This document shows positions 28,333-39,400 of a stretch of 64,000 bases of DNA, piece after piece. The position numbers and the translations under genes were made by a program. Source of the stretch: Gammaproteobacteria bacterium (lineage in GTDB: Bacteria; Pseudomonadota; Gammaproteobacteria; SZUA-229); NCBI GenBank assembly GCA_026195255.1, contig JAPHSS010000020.1, positions 50,887 to 114,886 on the forward strand. Reading direction: 5' to 3'. Position 1 is the stretch's first letter. Each line of letters begins with the position of its first letter. Under the pieces are notes generated by a model. The model saw only the letters and a program-made list of their open reading frames with translations, was not told where the DNA came from and did no database searches.

Positions 28333-30078
28333 ATGGCTGGCCGTATACCTCAACAATTCATTGACGACCTTATCAATCGTGCTGACATAGTCGACGTTGT
28401 AGACTCACGTGTCGCCTTAAAAAAGCGCGGCAAAGAACATATTGCCTGCTGCCCTTTCCATAATGAAAAAAGCCCTTCTTTTACTGTTAGTCAAAGTAAG
28501 CAGTTTTATCATTGTTTTGGCTGTGGAGCCCATGGCACTGCACTTGGCTTCATAATGGAGTACGAGCGTCTTGACTTTGTAGATGCCATTGAAGTACTTG
28601 CCGCTGAGTACCATATCGACGTACCTCGTGAACAGGGCAGTTTTAACCCCCAGCAAGATGACAAAAAACCACTCTATGAAATTTTAGAAAAAGCCTCTCT
28701 TAATTTCGCAAATGAATTAAAAAAAACACCTCGTGCGGTAGAATATTTAAAACAGCGCGGCTTAAGTGGTGAAATTGCAAAAGACTTTCAAATGGGTTAC
28801 GCACCTGATAGCTGGGATTTCACACTAGGGCAACCAGGCCTGAGTAAAGAAGATAAAACTGCCTGCCTAAAGTCAGGTTTGAGCATCGAAAAAAGCCCTC
28901 AGAAACATTACGACCGTTTTCGTGACCGTATAATGTTTCCTATACGAGACCGACGCGGTCGTACAATTGGCTTTGGTGGCCGCATACTGGATAAGGGAGA
29001 GCCCAAATATTTAAACTCCCCTGAAACCCCGGTATTTCATAAAGGCGAAGAGTTATATGGCTTATATGAAGCAAGGCAATCAGTAAAAGACTTAAAACGG
29101 ATTGTCATTGTTGAAGGTTATATGGACGTTGTTGCACTTGCACAACATGGAATCAAATATGCGGTAGCCACCCTGGGAACGGCTACTTCAGAAACACAGA
29201 TATCCAAACTGTCTCGCATCGTTCCTGAATTAATTTTTTGTTATGATGGTGATGCGGCAGGAAAAAAAGCAGCCTGGCGAGCATTAGAAAATTCACTCTC
29301 TGTATTACGAGATGGTATACAGGCAAGATTTTTATTCTTACCAGATGGAGAAGACCCTGACACCCTGGTCAGGCAAGAAGGGCAACAGGCTTTCGAACAA
29401 CGTTTAAGTAATGCGACACCTCTCTCAGATTTTATGTTGCAACATTTATCAGAAGATCTGGATTTATCTTCTGCCGATGGTTGTGGTCGACTTTCAGAAA
29501 AGGCCAAACCCTTAATTAGTAAAATTGAAGATGGTGTATTTAAAGACCTGTTAGTTAATCAACTTTCAAAAATGATTGGTTTATCCAGTTCCAGCCTGCA
29601 ACAACACATCCCCGAGTCGAAAAACAAAACACAAACTCCGCACTACAATAACAGAGCAGTGTCTGCAAAACACCAGATCAGCATGACCCCTACCCGTCTT
29701 GCCATTGCGCTATTATTACAACACCCGTCACTTGCAAAAGAGTGTGAAATTCCCGAACAACTTTTATCCTCTGATATGCCGGGTTTAAAACTGCTAATAC
29801 AAATACACAAAACAATATTACAAACAGATGCAATCTCACCTTCGGTTTTAGTTGAACGCTGGCGAGACACTATTGACGCACCTGTTATTAATAAACTTAT
29901 GCAACTAGATATACCTGAAGCGAAGAAAGATACGCAACTCGCATCTTTAAAAGATGCTTTTAAGAATCTGCTGCAAAAACACAAAGACGAACGCCTACAG
30001 GAATTACTAAACAAAAGCCGCACATCTGAATTAAGCTCAGATGAAAAAAGTGAATTAAGCCAGCTTTATCAGAGCTAA
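28333..30078 (+). CDS. dnaG: DNA primase DnaG
   Basis: MAGRIPQQFIDDLINRADIVDVV N-terminus, a CHC2 zinc finger (CCPFHNEKSPSF…CFGCGAHG), the TOPRIM domain, and a C-terminal DnaB-interaction domain. Confidence 0.9.
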   Translation: MAGRIPQQFIDDLINRADIVDVVDSRVALKKRGKEHIACCPFHNEKSPSFTVSQSKQFYHCFGCGAHGTALGFIMEYERLDFVDAIEVLAAEYHIDVPREQGSFNPQQDDKKPLYEILEKASLNFANELKKTPRAVEYLKQRGLSGEIAKDFQMGYAPDSWDFTLGQPGLSKEDKTACLKSGLSIEKSPQKHYDRFRDRIMFPIRDRRGRTIGFGGRILDKGEPKYLNSPETPVFHKGEELYGLYEARQSVKDLKRIVIVEGYMDVVALAQHGIKYAVATLGTATSETQISKLSRIVPELIFCYDGDAAGKKAAWRALENSLSVLRDGIQARFLFLPDGEDPDTLVRQEGQQAFEQRLSNATPLSDFMLQHLSEDLDLSSADGCGRLSEKAKPLISKIEDGVFKDLLVNQLSKMIGLSSSSLQQHIPESKNKTQTPHYNNRAVSAKHQISMTPTRLAIALLLQHPSLAKECEIPEQLLSSDMPGLKLLIQIHKTILQTDAISPSVLVERWRDTIDAPVINKLMQLDIPEAKKDTQLASLKDAFKNLLQKHKDERLQELLNKSRTSELSSDEKSELSQLYQS

Positions 30079-30099
30079 TTTAATACTCGCTAACCAATG

Positions 30100-30280
30100 A
30101 ACATCTCCCTCGGGGAAAGGTCGACGTTTTTTTTGCGCCCTGTCCCCTTATTGATGCCATCAAGAGTTTTACGGAGTCGAATCGCTATCCTGTCAGCTCT
30201 TGATGGTATGGGCTTAGGGGACAGGGCTTAAAAAACAAGACCTTTCCCCGAGGGCTGTGCACCTGAACAGTGCAATCTCT
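30100..30280. repeat. Roughly 180-bp structured palindromic intergenic repeat, copy 2, with the central core inverted relative to copy 1
   Basis: ACATCTCCCTCGGGGAAAGGTC … CCCTGTCCCCTT … GGTATGGGCTTAGGGGACAG … GACCTTTCCCCGAGGG … CCTGAACAGTGCAAT. The core AAGAGTTTTACGGAGTCGA…TGTCAGC is the reverse complement of the copy-1 core. Confidence 0.8.
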
Positions 30281-30356
30281 TTCAGCTCATAACAATCTGT
30301 TGTTCGTCTCGTTTACACGGTTCTGCGTGGGAACAAGATGCGGTTAGATAATATAT

Positions 30357-31253
30357 TTATCTGCCTCTCGCCAGAACAGTTACGCCACTAATAACCAGAA
30401 CAATGCCAACTGCATGAAATAATGTAAAAGGCTCATTCAAAAACCATATCGCCAACACAATTGTTACCATGGGGCCTAATGTCCCGATAACTCCCGTTTG
30501 TGCCGGCCCAATTTTTGCTATTGACTCGGCTATCATAAAACTTGGAATAACCGTGCTGAAAACAGCTAGTAATAAAATCCATAACCAGGCTAACCAGCTC
30601 ACGGTTAATGCACTGTAATCTAAAAACAGCGCGTAATAAATTAATACAAATACACTGGAAACAATCATTGCAATACTTGTGAACCACAAACTGCCCACCT
30701 TATGAATCACTTTTTTACCCACTAATACATATATAGAAAAGCTAAGTGCCGCAAAAAAAACAAGTAACGTACCTAATACAACATTTTCACCTGATAAGGA
30801 CGACTCTTGATAAAACACAATCCACACACCGGCATAAGTTATAAGAAGTGCTGTAATAATATTTTTTGTTAACGGTGTTTTAAAAAATATTGCACCGAGT
30901 AAAGCGACTAAAATGGGATAACTGAAAAGCGTTAACCTTTCAAGCTGTGCTGATATGTACTCCAGACCCTTTAAATCTAACCATGAAGACAAGAAGTAAC
31001 CGATAAACCCTAGAAATATAATTTTACCTATATTTTCACCAAGGCACACTGGAAGAGAATCAGATCGTCGAATTAACCATATCAGTATTAATAGATATAT
31101 CGGCAAGGAAATAGCCATGCGTAACATCAATACACTATCTGCATTCAGGCCTTCCAGATAGGCTAGCTTTATGAATATCGATTTGAGAGAAAACAGGGCT
31201 GTTCCCAGAATAGCTAAAAGGAAGCCAGTGGCCCTGGGGGATAGTGATAACAT
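30357..31253 (-). CDS. EamA/DMT-family transporter with 10 TM helices
   Basis: Two EamA-like repeats with multiple hydrophobic helices over 298 aa. Confidence 0.65.
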   Translation of the reverse strand: MLSLSPRATGFLLAILGTALFSLKSIFIKLAYLEGLNADSVLMLRMAISLPIYLLILIWLIRRSDSLPVCLGENIGKIIFLGFIGYFLSSWLDLKGLEYISAQLERLTLFSYPILVALLGAIFFKTPLTKNIITALLITYAGVWIVFYQESSLSGENVVLGTLLVFFAALSFSIYVLVGKKVIHKVGSLWFTSIAMIVSSVFVLIYYALFLDYSALTVSWLAWLWILLLAVFSTVIPSFMIAESIAKIGPAQTGVIGTLGPMVTIVLAIWFLNEPFTLFHAVGIVLVISGVTVLARGR

Positions 31254-31398
31254 ATTTCAGTAATACTTCTATTATTATGCGATGTGCAGACAATCTACAT
31301 ATCAAATCTAAATTTATCAGGCTGAATATCTTACCCTTAACGAGACCTTCATATACCTTAAATTAGCCATTTCTTATTTTTTGCATTATAATCACACT

Positions 31399-31466
31399 CC
31401 GCACTGAGGAGCGCTGCAGCAGATCTCTCTGTCAGGCTTAGTGCATCTTTTTTAAACGGCGCTCAT
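31399..31466 (+). ncRNA. Probable S-adenosylhomocysteine (SAH) riboswitch in the metK leader
   Basis: GCACUGAGGAGCGCUGCAGC … GUCAGGCUUAGUGC … AACGGCGCUCA. A P1 helix (GCACU/AGUGC), the GAGGAGCGCUGC and CAGGCU cores, and a 3' ACGGCGCUC element that could pair with GAGCGC in a pseudoknot all match the SAH-element consensus as I recall it. A TATAAT -10 lies at 31386-31391. Confidence 0.55.
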
Positions 31467-31588
31467 TTATTAGTTTCTAGTTTGGCTAAAAATGAGCACG
31501 GATCTAAAATCGGCATAATCTGCCACTACAAGATTCACTCATATGGCTTTATTAGCGCTGCTAGTATTTGTATCGAGGAATTGTAAAC

Positions 31589-32749
31589 ATGTCAAAAAGT
31601 CACCTATTTACATCTGAATCCGTATCAGAAGGACATCCTGATAAGGTTGCTGATCAGATATCGGACGCTATCCTGGATGGTATTTTTCAACAGGATCCGA
31701 AAGCACGTGTAGCTTGTGAAACACTTATTAACACCGGTATGGTTGTTTTATCAGGCGAGATAACCACTGAAGCATGGGTCGATATGCAGCAAATTGTGCG
31801 CGATACTGTGCGAAATATTGGTTATACCAGCTCCGAAATGGGCTTTGATGCTGATTCCTGTGCAGTTATCACCTCTATCGACAAACAGTCTCCTGATATT
31901 GCTATGGGCGTTAATGAGGGAGAAGACCACGAGCAAGGTGCTGGTGATCAGGGTCTTATGTTTGGTTATGCCTGTAATGAAACAGACGTACTTATGCCTG
32001 CACCGATTACTTATGCGCATAAACTCGTTAGACGTCAGGCAGAAGTGCGTAAAAATGGCACATTAAACTGGTTACGCCCGGATGCTAAAAGTCAGGTTAC
32101 TTTCCGTTATGAAGATGGCGTTCCTGCAGGCATTGAGGCGGTTGTTTTATCAACACAACATTCTCCTGATATCAGCCTGAGCGCACTGCGTGAAGCCGTT
32201 ATGGATGAAATTATTAAGCCAGTATTGCCGGCTGAGCTAATCAGTAAAGACACTAAATATCATATCAACCCAACGGGTAACTTCGTTATTGGTGGCCCTG
32301 TTGGTGACTGTGGTTTAACTGGCCGTAAAATCATTGTTGATACTTACGGCGGTATGGCGCGTCACGGTGGTGGTGCCTTCTCTGGTAAAGACCCCTCAAA
32401 AGTCGATCGCTCTGCTGCTTATGCTGGTCGTTATGTTGCAAAGAATATTGTTGCCGCTGGTCTGGCTGACAAATGTGAAATTCAGGTTTCGTACGCAATC
32501 GGTGTTGCCGAGCCTACCTCTATTTCTATTGAAACATTCGGCACAGGCAAAATTGATGATAGCCGCATTGAAGAACTGGTACGCGAACATTTCAACCTCA
32601 AACCAAAAGGCCTTATTCAAATGCTTGATCTATTGCGCCCAATCTACGCAAATACAGCAGCTTATGGTCATTTTGGCAGAACTGAAGATAACTTTACCTG
32701 GGAACGTACAGATAAAGCAGCAGCACTAAAAGACGCAGCTGGTATTTAA
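31589..32749 (+). CDS. metK: S-adenosylmethionine synthetase MetK
   Basis: [30 protein letters not shown], plus the GAGDQG and GGGAFSGKD motifs. Start chosen at the ATG at 31589. Confidence 0.95.
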   Translation: MSKSHLFTSESVSEGHPDKVADQISDAILDGIFQQDPKARVACETLINTGMVVLSGEITTEAWVDMQQIVRDTVRNIGYTSSEMGFDADSCAVITSIDKQSPDIAMGVNEGEDHEQGAGDQGLMFGYACNETDVLMPAPITYAHKLVRRQAEVRKNGTLNWLRPDAKSQVTFRYEDGVPAGIEAVVLSTQHSPDISLSALREAVMDEIIKPVLPAELISKDTKYHINPTGNFVIGGPVGDCGLTGRKIIVDTYGGMARHGGGAFSGKDPSKVDRSAAYAGRYVAKNIVAAGLADKCEIQVSYAIGVAEPTSISIETFGTGKIDDSRIEELVREHFNLKPKGLIQMLDLLRPIYANTAAYGHFGRTEDNFTWERTDKAAALKDAAGI

Positions 32750-32839
32750 GTTTTTGTAGTCGCGAACTTTTCGCAAATTAATTACATAACATTCGAAACC
32801 AGTCGACTGGTTAACACAGAATTATTTAGGAATTATACA

Positions 32840-34246
32840 ATGAGTGAATTTACAGATTATAAAGTAGCAGATATGTCTCTGGCTGAATGGGGCCGTAAAG
32901 AGATTTCAATTGCAGAAATTGAAATGCCAGGCCTGATGGCGTTACGTGAAGAATATGCAGGCAAAAAACCATTAGATGGTTGCCGCATTATGGGCAGCAT
33001 TCACATGACAATACAGACGGCTGTGCTAATCGAAACCTTAGTTGATCTGGGTGCCAGTGTACGCTGGGTTTCTTGCAATATTTTCTCTACACAGGATCAT
33101 GCGGCGGCGGCTATCGCTGCGCAGGACATTCCTGTTTTTGCCTGGAAAGGTGAAACTATCGAGGAATACTGGTGGTGTACTGAACAGGCACTATTATGGC
33201 CAAACGGTGAATTACCAAACATGATTCTTGATGATGGTGGTGATGCTACTCTTTTAGTTCACAAAGGTGTTGAGTTTGAAAAAGCAGGCGCTATTCCAGC
33301 AACTAAAGATGATGACAATGAAGAATACAAAGCTATTCTTGATGTACTACGCCGTACCATTGAGCCTGGCTCAAGCACATGGCAAGATATTGCAGCTAGC
33401 GTTAAAGGTGTAACTGAAGAAACAACCACAGGTGTTCACCGTTTATATGAAATGGAGAAAAAAGGTGAGTTACTTTTCCCTGCTATGAACGTGAATGATT
33501 CAGCAACAAAATCTAAATTCGATAATTTATACGGTTGCCGTGAATCACTAATCGACAGTATTAAACGTGCAACTGATGTAATGATTGCCGGTAAGATTTG
33601 TGTTGTTCTAGGATATGGCGATGTTGGCAAGGGTTGCGCTCAGGCTTTCAAAGGCATGGGAGCAACTGTGTGGGTTACAGAGATTGATCCTATATGTGCT
33701 TTACAGGCGGCAATGGAAGGTCACCGTGTTGTAGACATGAATGAAATTGTAGGCCAGGGCGATATCTTTGTTACGACTACTGGTAATGTAAATGTTATAG
33801 ACCATCACCATATGGAAGCAATGAAAAATGAAGCTATCGTATGTAATATTGGTCACTTCGATTCTGAAATTAATATTGCATCACTTGAAAAATACGAGTG
33901 GGAAGAAATCAAACCACAGGTTGATCACGTAATATTCCCGGACGGCAAAAAGATCATCATTCTTGCGAAGGGCCGTTTAGTTAATTTAGGTTGCGCAACT
34001 GGTCACCCAAGCTTTGTTATGTCAGCCTCATTTACTAATCAGGTAATGGCTCAAATTGAGTTCTTTACCAATGCACAGGCATACGAAAATAAGGTTTATA
34101 TTTTGCCTAAGAAACTTGATGAGAAGGTAGCACGTCTGCATTTAACTAAAATCGGTGCACATCTAACTCAACTTAGTGAAACTCAGGCCGAGTACATTAA
34201 TGTGCCTATCGATGGCCCATATAAAGCTGACCATTACCGCTACTAG
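32840..34246 (+). CDS. ahcY: Adenosylhomocysteinase AhcY
   Basis: A 468-aa protein with the NAD-binding motif [10 protein letters not shown] and the [18 protein letters not shown]-terminus. Confidence 0.95.
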   Translation: MSEFTDYKVADMSLAEWGRKEISIAEIEMPGLMALREEYAGKKPLDGCRIMGSIHMTIQTAVLIETLVDLGASVRWVSCNIFSTQDHAAAAIAAQDIPVFAWKGETIEEYWWCTEQALLWPNGELPNMILDDGGDATLLVHKGVEFEKAGAIPATKDDDNEEYKAILDVLRRTIEPGSSTWQDIAASVKGVTEETTTGVHRLYEMEKKGELLFPAMNVNDSATKSKFDNLYGCRESLIDSIKRATDVMIAGKICVVLGYGDVGKGCAQAFKGMGATVWVTEIDPICALQAAMEGHRVVDMNEIVGQGDIFVTTTGNVNVIDHHHMEAMKNEAIVCNIGHFDSEINIASLEKYEWEEIKPQVDHVIFPDGKKIIILAKGRLVNLGCATGHPSFVMSASFTNQVMAQIEFFTNAQAYENKVYILPKKLDEKVARLHLTKIGAHLTQLSETQAEYINVPIDGPYKADHYRY

Positions 34247-34325
34247 AAAAAATATCAGTTTGGTAAACACCATAAGCTGATATTTTTTATTACTGCGCTT
34301 GCATAATCATGCGTGCAAGCGCAGT
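34247..34325 (+). terminator. Tandem hairpins (terminators) after ahcY
   Basis: AAAAAATATCAG…CTGATATTTTTT, then GCGCTTGCA…TGCAAGCGC. Confidence 0.55.
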
Positions 34326-34350
34326 GAACTTATACTATTTTGGCTGAACA

Positions 34351-35202
34351 ATGAAAACACAACAAAAACTAGACAAGCAATTTAGCTGTGAATTTTTTCC
34401 TCCTAAAACAGATATAGGAATGGAAAATCTTTTCAATACGGCTGAAACACTAAAAAAAGAAATTAATCCTGAATTTTTTTCTGTTACGTTTGGTGCCGGT
34501 GGCTCAACGCGTGAAACAACATTTAATGCGGTCACTAAAATACAAAAACAAACGGGTTGCAATGTAGCCCCTCATCTATCATGTATAGGTTCTAGCAAGC
34601 AACAGTTACAAAGCATTCTCGATGAATACAGGGCACAGGGAATAAAGCGGATTGTTGCCTTGCGCGGTGACATGCCTTCAGGCACCGTTTCACAAAGCGA
34701 CTTCAACCATGCCAATGAATTAGTTGCTTTTATTCGAGAAAATTTTGGTGATCAATTTCACCTTGAAGTAGCAGCATATCCTGAAGTTCATCCTCAAGCT
34801 GAAAACGCCATTCAAGATATGAAAAACTTCAAAACCAAAGTACTTGCTGGTGCAAATTCAGCTATAACTCAATATTTTTACAATATAGACAGTTATTTTT
34901 ACTTTATCGATAATTGTGAAAAATCGGGGCTCGACCTGCCCATTGTACCTGGCATAATGCCCATCACTAACTACAGCAACCTTGCGCGTTTTTCTGATAT
35001 GTGTGGTGCGGAAATACCTCGCTGGTTAAGACGAAAGCTTGAAGCTTACGCTGATGACACAGATTCAATTAAAGACTTTGGCGCTGATTTTGTTAGCTCA
35101 ATGAGCCAGAAACTATTAGACATGGGCGCGCCCGGCTTACACTTTTATTCCATGAATCAGAGCGAAGCAACACTACGCATATGGAATAACCTCAAATCTT
35201 AG
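34351..35202 (+). CDS. metF: 5,10-methylenetetrahydrofolate reductase MetF
   Basis: FEFFPPKT…FVSVTYGA-like start (SCEFFPPKTD…FFSVTFGAGGS), then APHLSCIG and IVALRGD motifs. Confidence 0.85.
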   Translation: MKTQQKLDKQFSCEFFPPKTDIGMENLFNTAETLKKEINPEFFSVTFGAGGSTRETTFNAVTKIQKQTGCNVAPHLSCIGSSKQQLQSILDEYRAQGIKRIVALRGDMPSGTVSQSDFNHANELVAFIRENFGDQFHLEVAAYPEVHPQAENAIQDMKNFKTKVLAGANSAITQYFYNIDSYFYFIDNCEKSGLDLPIVPGIMPITNYSNLARFSDMCGAEIPRWLRRKLEAYADDTDSIKDFGADFVSSMSQKLLDMGAPGLHFYSMNQSEATLRIWNNLKS

Positions 35203-35225
35203 CTTGAGTTGTTTTATTTATTCTT

Positions 35226-35951
35226 ATGAAATCAGTCAGAATTTACCAGCCCGGACAATTCGAAGCGGGCAAATCTTTTCATCTAGACAAAACTTCTAGC
35301 AATCACCTTATAAAAGTTCTTCGCTTAAAAAACAATTATATTTTTAATTTATTTAATGGTGAAGGAGACGAGTACTCAGCTAAACTCGAGATTTCAGGAA
35401 AGAGCGCAATTGCTCATATAGACACTAGACTTACATCTGATAACGAATCCAGCCTTAAAATACATCTCCTACAGGGAATTTCAAAAGGCGACCGCATGGA
35501 TTTTGCAATTCAAAAATCCATAGAGCTTGGTGTTACCACTATCACGCCTGTTATTACCGAACGAACAGTCGTTAACTTAAAAGATAACCGCGCAGAAAAA
35601 AAACAACAACACTGGCGTTCTGTAGCAATCAGCGCTTGCGAACAATCGGGCCGAAACAAACTTCCCACACTAAATCCAATATGTAATTTATCTGATGTTT
35701 TTATTAAGCAAACTAAAGATTTGAAAATTTTGTTAGACCCATTATCAACAAATAGCTTTCAATCATTATCGCCCTCTAAAAACATACAGATTTTAATTGG
35801 TCCAGAAGGTGGATTATCAGACAGTGAAATCACTGTCGCCAATGAAAACGGATTCGAAGGCATTAAACTCGGACCTAGAATACTACGAACCGAAACCGCT
35901 GCTCTAGCTGCGATCACTTCAGCTCAACTACTGTGGGGAGACCTGACTTAG
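35226..35951 (+). CDS. rsmE: 16S rRNA (uracil1498-N3)-methyltransferase RsmE
   Basis: PUA-like N-domain, then the SPOUT C-domain with ILIGPEGGLSDSE. Confidence 0.8.
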   Translation: MKSVRIYQPGQFEAGKSFHLDKTSSNHLIKVLRLKNNYIFNLFNGEGDEYSAKLEISGKSAIAHIDTRLTSDNESSLKIHLLQGISKGDRMDFAIQKSIELGVTTITPVITERTVVNLKDNRAEKKQQHWRSVAISACEQSGRNKLPTLNPICNLSDVFIKQTKDLKILLDPLSTNSFQSLSPSKNIQILIGPEGGLSDSEITVANENGFEGIKLGPRILRTETAALAAITSAQLLWGDLT

Positions 35952-35994
35952 AGATAACCAGTCACGAAGGATATGTATGCACTCTACATACTTA

Positions 35995-36447
35995 TTACAT
36001 CATTACCTGTTTTACAATTGATTCAAGTTTTTCAATATTAACAATACTATAAGTACCATCAGCCATCATCACTTTGTCTTCAATGGCAGGGTGTGTTATT
36101 TCTTCTTTATTTGAAATAATATCTTCTTCTTTAACATTAACTACTGTCGGTGCATCCTGCATTAAAATTGACATGAACGGTAAGTTACTATCTTCACCAA
36201 TAGAAAACAAAATAGCCGCTTTAACTGAACCAGTAGCAAGACTCGGCATGCGAACATTACCCATTGCTTCAAATGAAATAAGTGGAACTGAATGTCCACG
36301 CCAATCTAAATAACCTAACATCCAGCCAGGTTTATTTGCCACATTAATAATATTTTTAATAGGCACTATTTCAGCTACCGCTGCATTAGGCATTAACAGC
36401 TCATCACCATTAATCTTTAATATTACACATTTAATTTCTTCAGACAT
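35995..36447 (-). CDS. chpC: CheW-like coupling protein ChpC
   Basis: A 150-aa CheW domain immediately downstream of chpA, with a 1-bp overlap. Confidence 0.7.
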   Translation of the reverse strand: MSEEIKCVILKINGDELLMPNAAVAEIVPIKNIINVANKPGWMLGYLDWRGHSVPLISFEAMGNVRMPSLATGSVKAAILFSIGEDSNLPFMSILMQDAPTVVNVKEEDIISNKEEITHPAIEDKVMMADGTYSIVNIEKLESIVKQVMM

Positions 36448-39400
36448 CAGTCAAGTAACTCATGTATATTTTCAAGTAATTCATCTTCCTGGAATGGTTT
36501 ACCCATATATTTGTTTACACCAATTTCCATTGCTTTGTCTTTATGCTTGGCGCCACTACGAGATGTAATCATTATTATAGGCAAATCAACCAGTCGAGGA
36601 TCATTCCTTACGTGCGTAGCTACTTCGTAGCCGTCCATTCTCGGCATCTCAATATCTAACAACATCACATCAGGTTTAATCTCCTGCAACTGTGATACAG
36701 CATCCACACCATCTTTCGCGGTGACAACTTTCATATCATGCCTGGTTAACATACGCTCTGTAACTTTACGAATGGTAATAGAATCATCAACTACCATAAC
36801 GATAGTTTCTCGTTTTTCTTCTGCTACAGGTAATACTTCACCCGCTGGGCTTTCAGTTTCATCTTCAGATTCTGTAATGTGGAATAAAGAATCTCCGAGA
36901 ACCAGGGAGTTCATTTCGAGAATAATGACTACACGGCCATCACCCAATATTGTAGCTCCAGAAATACCACGTACTGTGCTTATTTGTGAGCCAACTGGTT
37001 TAACAACCACTTCACGTCGACCAATTAACTCATCGACATGCAAGGCAACACTCTGCTCGCCAGTTCTGGCTAACAATACAGGGAACAACTGACCTGAACG
37101 TGAATAGTCAGGCTGCTCGCCTGTCAACATCTGTCCTAAATGTTTTAACTCATACGAACTGCCGGCAAACTCATACGTACTCTCGCCACTGTTATAGAAT
37201 TGTTGCAATTCCGGACCAGACAGTCGAACAACACCTTCAATACTATTCAATGGCACTGCGTAAATTTCATCACCCACATTAACAAGTAGTGCATGATTAA
37301 TAGCAAGTGTAAGCGGTAAACGAATTTTGAATGTTGTGCCCTTACCTTGAACAGTATCTATTTCTAAAACACCGCCAAGTTGTTTTATCTCGCTGTCAAC
37401 AACATCCATTCCAACACCACGGCCGGAAATTTGAGTAACTTTTTCAGCTGTACTAAAACCAGCTTCCATAATATATTGCAATACGTCATGATCGCTGATC
37501 TTACTATTGGCATCTAACAGGCCTTTTTCAGTTGCTTTCTTTCGTATTGCATTAACATCTATGCCGCGCCCGTCATCTTTAACAATAATGACAACATCAG
37601 CGCCTTCACGATCAACGACTATTTTAAGCGTACCTGAATCTGGCTTACCTGCAGCCTGACGTTCAGCCACCTTTTCTATGCCATGCGATACCGCATTACG
37701 TAACATATGTTCAAGAGGTGCAACGATTCGGTCTAATACCGTTCGATCAACCTCAGACGTTTCACCAACAATTTCAAGCTCTACTTCTTTATCTAAATCT
37801 CGTGCAGTTTGGCGAACAATTCTTCGTAACCTTGACGCAAGCCCACCAAAGTGAACCATACGCGTACGCATCAAACCTTCCTGTAACTCAGTACTTACTC
37901 GAGATTCCTGTAACAGTAATGTTTCAGAGTCACGAACCTCTTCAGATAAAAGCTCTTTAATACTCTCTATATCACTTACAGTTTCCTGCAAGCTTCGTGA
38001 AATCTGTTGCATAGTTGAGAATCGGTCCATTTCTAATGGATCGAAATCTTCATCATACTGATCTGATTCCTTTTCATAACGTGAAAGAATCTGTGCTTCA
38101 GTCTCAATAGAAAGCTGGCGCAGCTGATCGCGCAAACGAATAACTGTTTGATTCATTTCTGAAAGGTTGAATGAAAAGTTTGATATCTGCTGGCCCATAC
38201 GTGCATGATATACACTAACTTCACCAGCATGATTTACCAGCTCATTTAATAGGTCAGATCGTACACGCACCTGTTCAGTGGCAATACTCTCTTTTTGCTG
38301 AGGGACTATTTTTTCGTGAGATTCATCTGATTTATCAAGAACCAGATCTGATGCGTCATTATTTTTAACGGATAGAGCTTCTACTGGCTCTTCTGAAGTA
38401 AGCTCATCTGTAGCCGGTTCATCTGAAGTTAACTCATCTGTAGTTGTCTCTAATTCTGCCTCTAGCTCGGCATCATCAATTACACTCACAGAAACATTAT
38501 CGACAGATTCAGCTGTTTCTTCGAGCAGTGATTCTGTACTTAATTCAACTTCATAAGTTGCATTTTCATCGAATACGAGCTCTTCTGTGTTAGCGGATTC
38601 GACATTATCTGCATCGTCGGGAATTTCAAAACCAAAGTCATCATCTGACTCTATGACAAGCTCTTCTGATAAAACATCTTCTTCTGACAGCTCAATTGAA
38701 AATGCTTCTGATTCATCAGTGTCTTCTTTTGTTATGCTTTTATCAGCCCCCCGGGGGGGCTCAGGCTCATCAACCTCTTCATTTAATGAAGCTGCCTGGC
38801 CATTATTTAAAGTTTTTTTTCCCTCTCTAATCGCATCAATATGCGAAATCAATGCAACAGCAGATGATAATGGTTTTCTATCTTTTACCTTAGATAACAT
38901 ATCAGACAACTTATCCAGAGCGTCATGGAATGCATTTGATATATCTTTACTGAATGGTAATTTTTTATCGTTTACAGCTATAACTAAAGATTCAAGAGCA
39001 TGTGTCAAGTCTCCTACAGGGCTTAGATCCGCCATCCTTGCACCACCCTTCAGTGTATGCAAATGACGCTGTAAATCTAAAACACTTTCTTCATCTTCAT
39101 TATTCGAATTCCAGCGCTGCAAACTATTTTCACAGTTATCTAGTAACTCTTCCGCCTCTTCCAGGAATATCTCTACTAACTCATCATCAACATCAGAGTA
39201 ACTAACTAACGACTCTTCACTATTTGTTTCATTACTAATTTCATTTACTGCGTCTATATCTTCAGTTTTTATTGATTGACTACGTTTCTCATCAACTAAC
39301 TCTTTGATGCGATTTAACAATGATGTATCGGATGACAGCTGATGATTTTTCTGTTCCAGCGCTTCCAGCATAGCAGAAACTTTATCAGTTACATCCCTAA

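Noticed and set aside
32750-32839. A second SAH riboswitch directly upstream of ahcY
   Set aside because: The 90-bp metK-ahcY spacer lacks the GAGGAGCGC / ACGGCGCUC blocks. The only convincing SAH-like element is upstream of metK.
38587-39066. A Ser-rich 159-aa plus-strand ORF and other plus-strand ORFs (37718-37960, 39002-39205, 41701-41886) inside chpA, and 42586-42939 inside pilJ
   Set aside because: These are antisense shadows of long, well-supported minus-strand genes. Their low-complexity Ser/Ala composition mirrors the acidic and alanine-rich codons on the coding strand.
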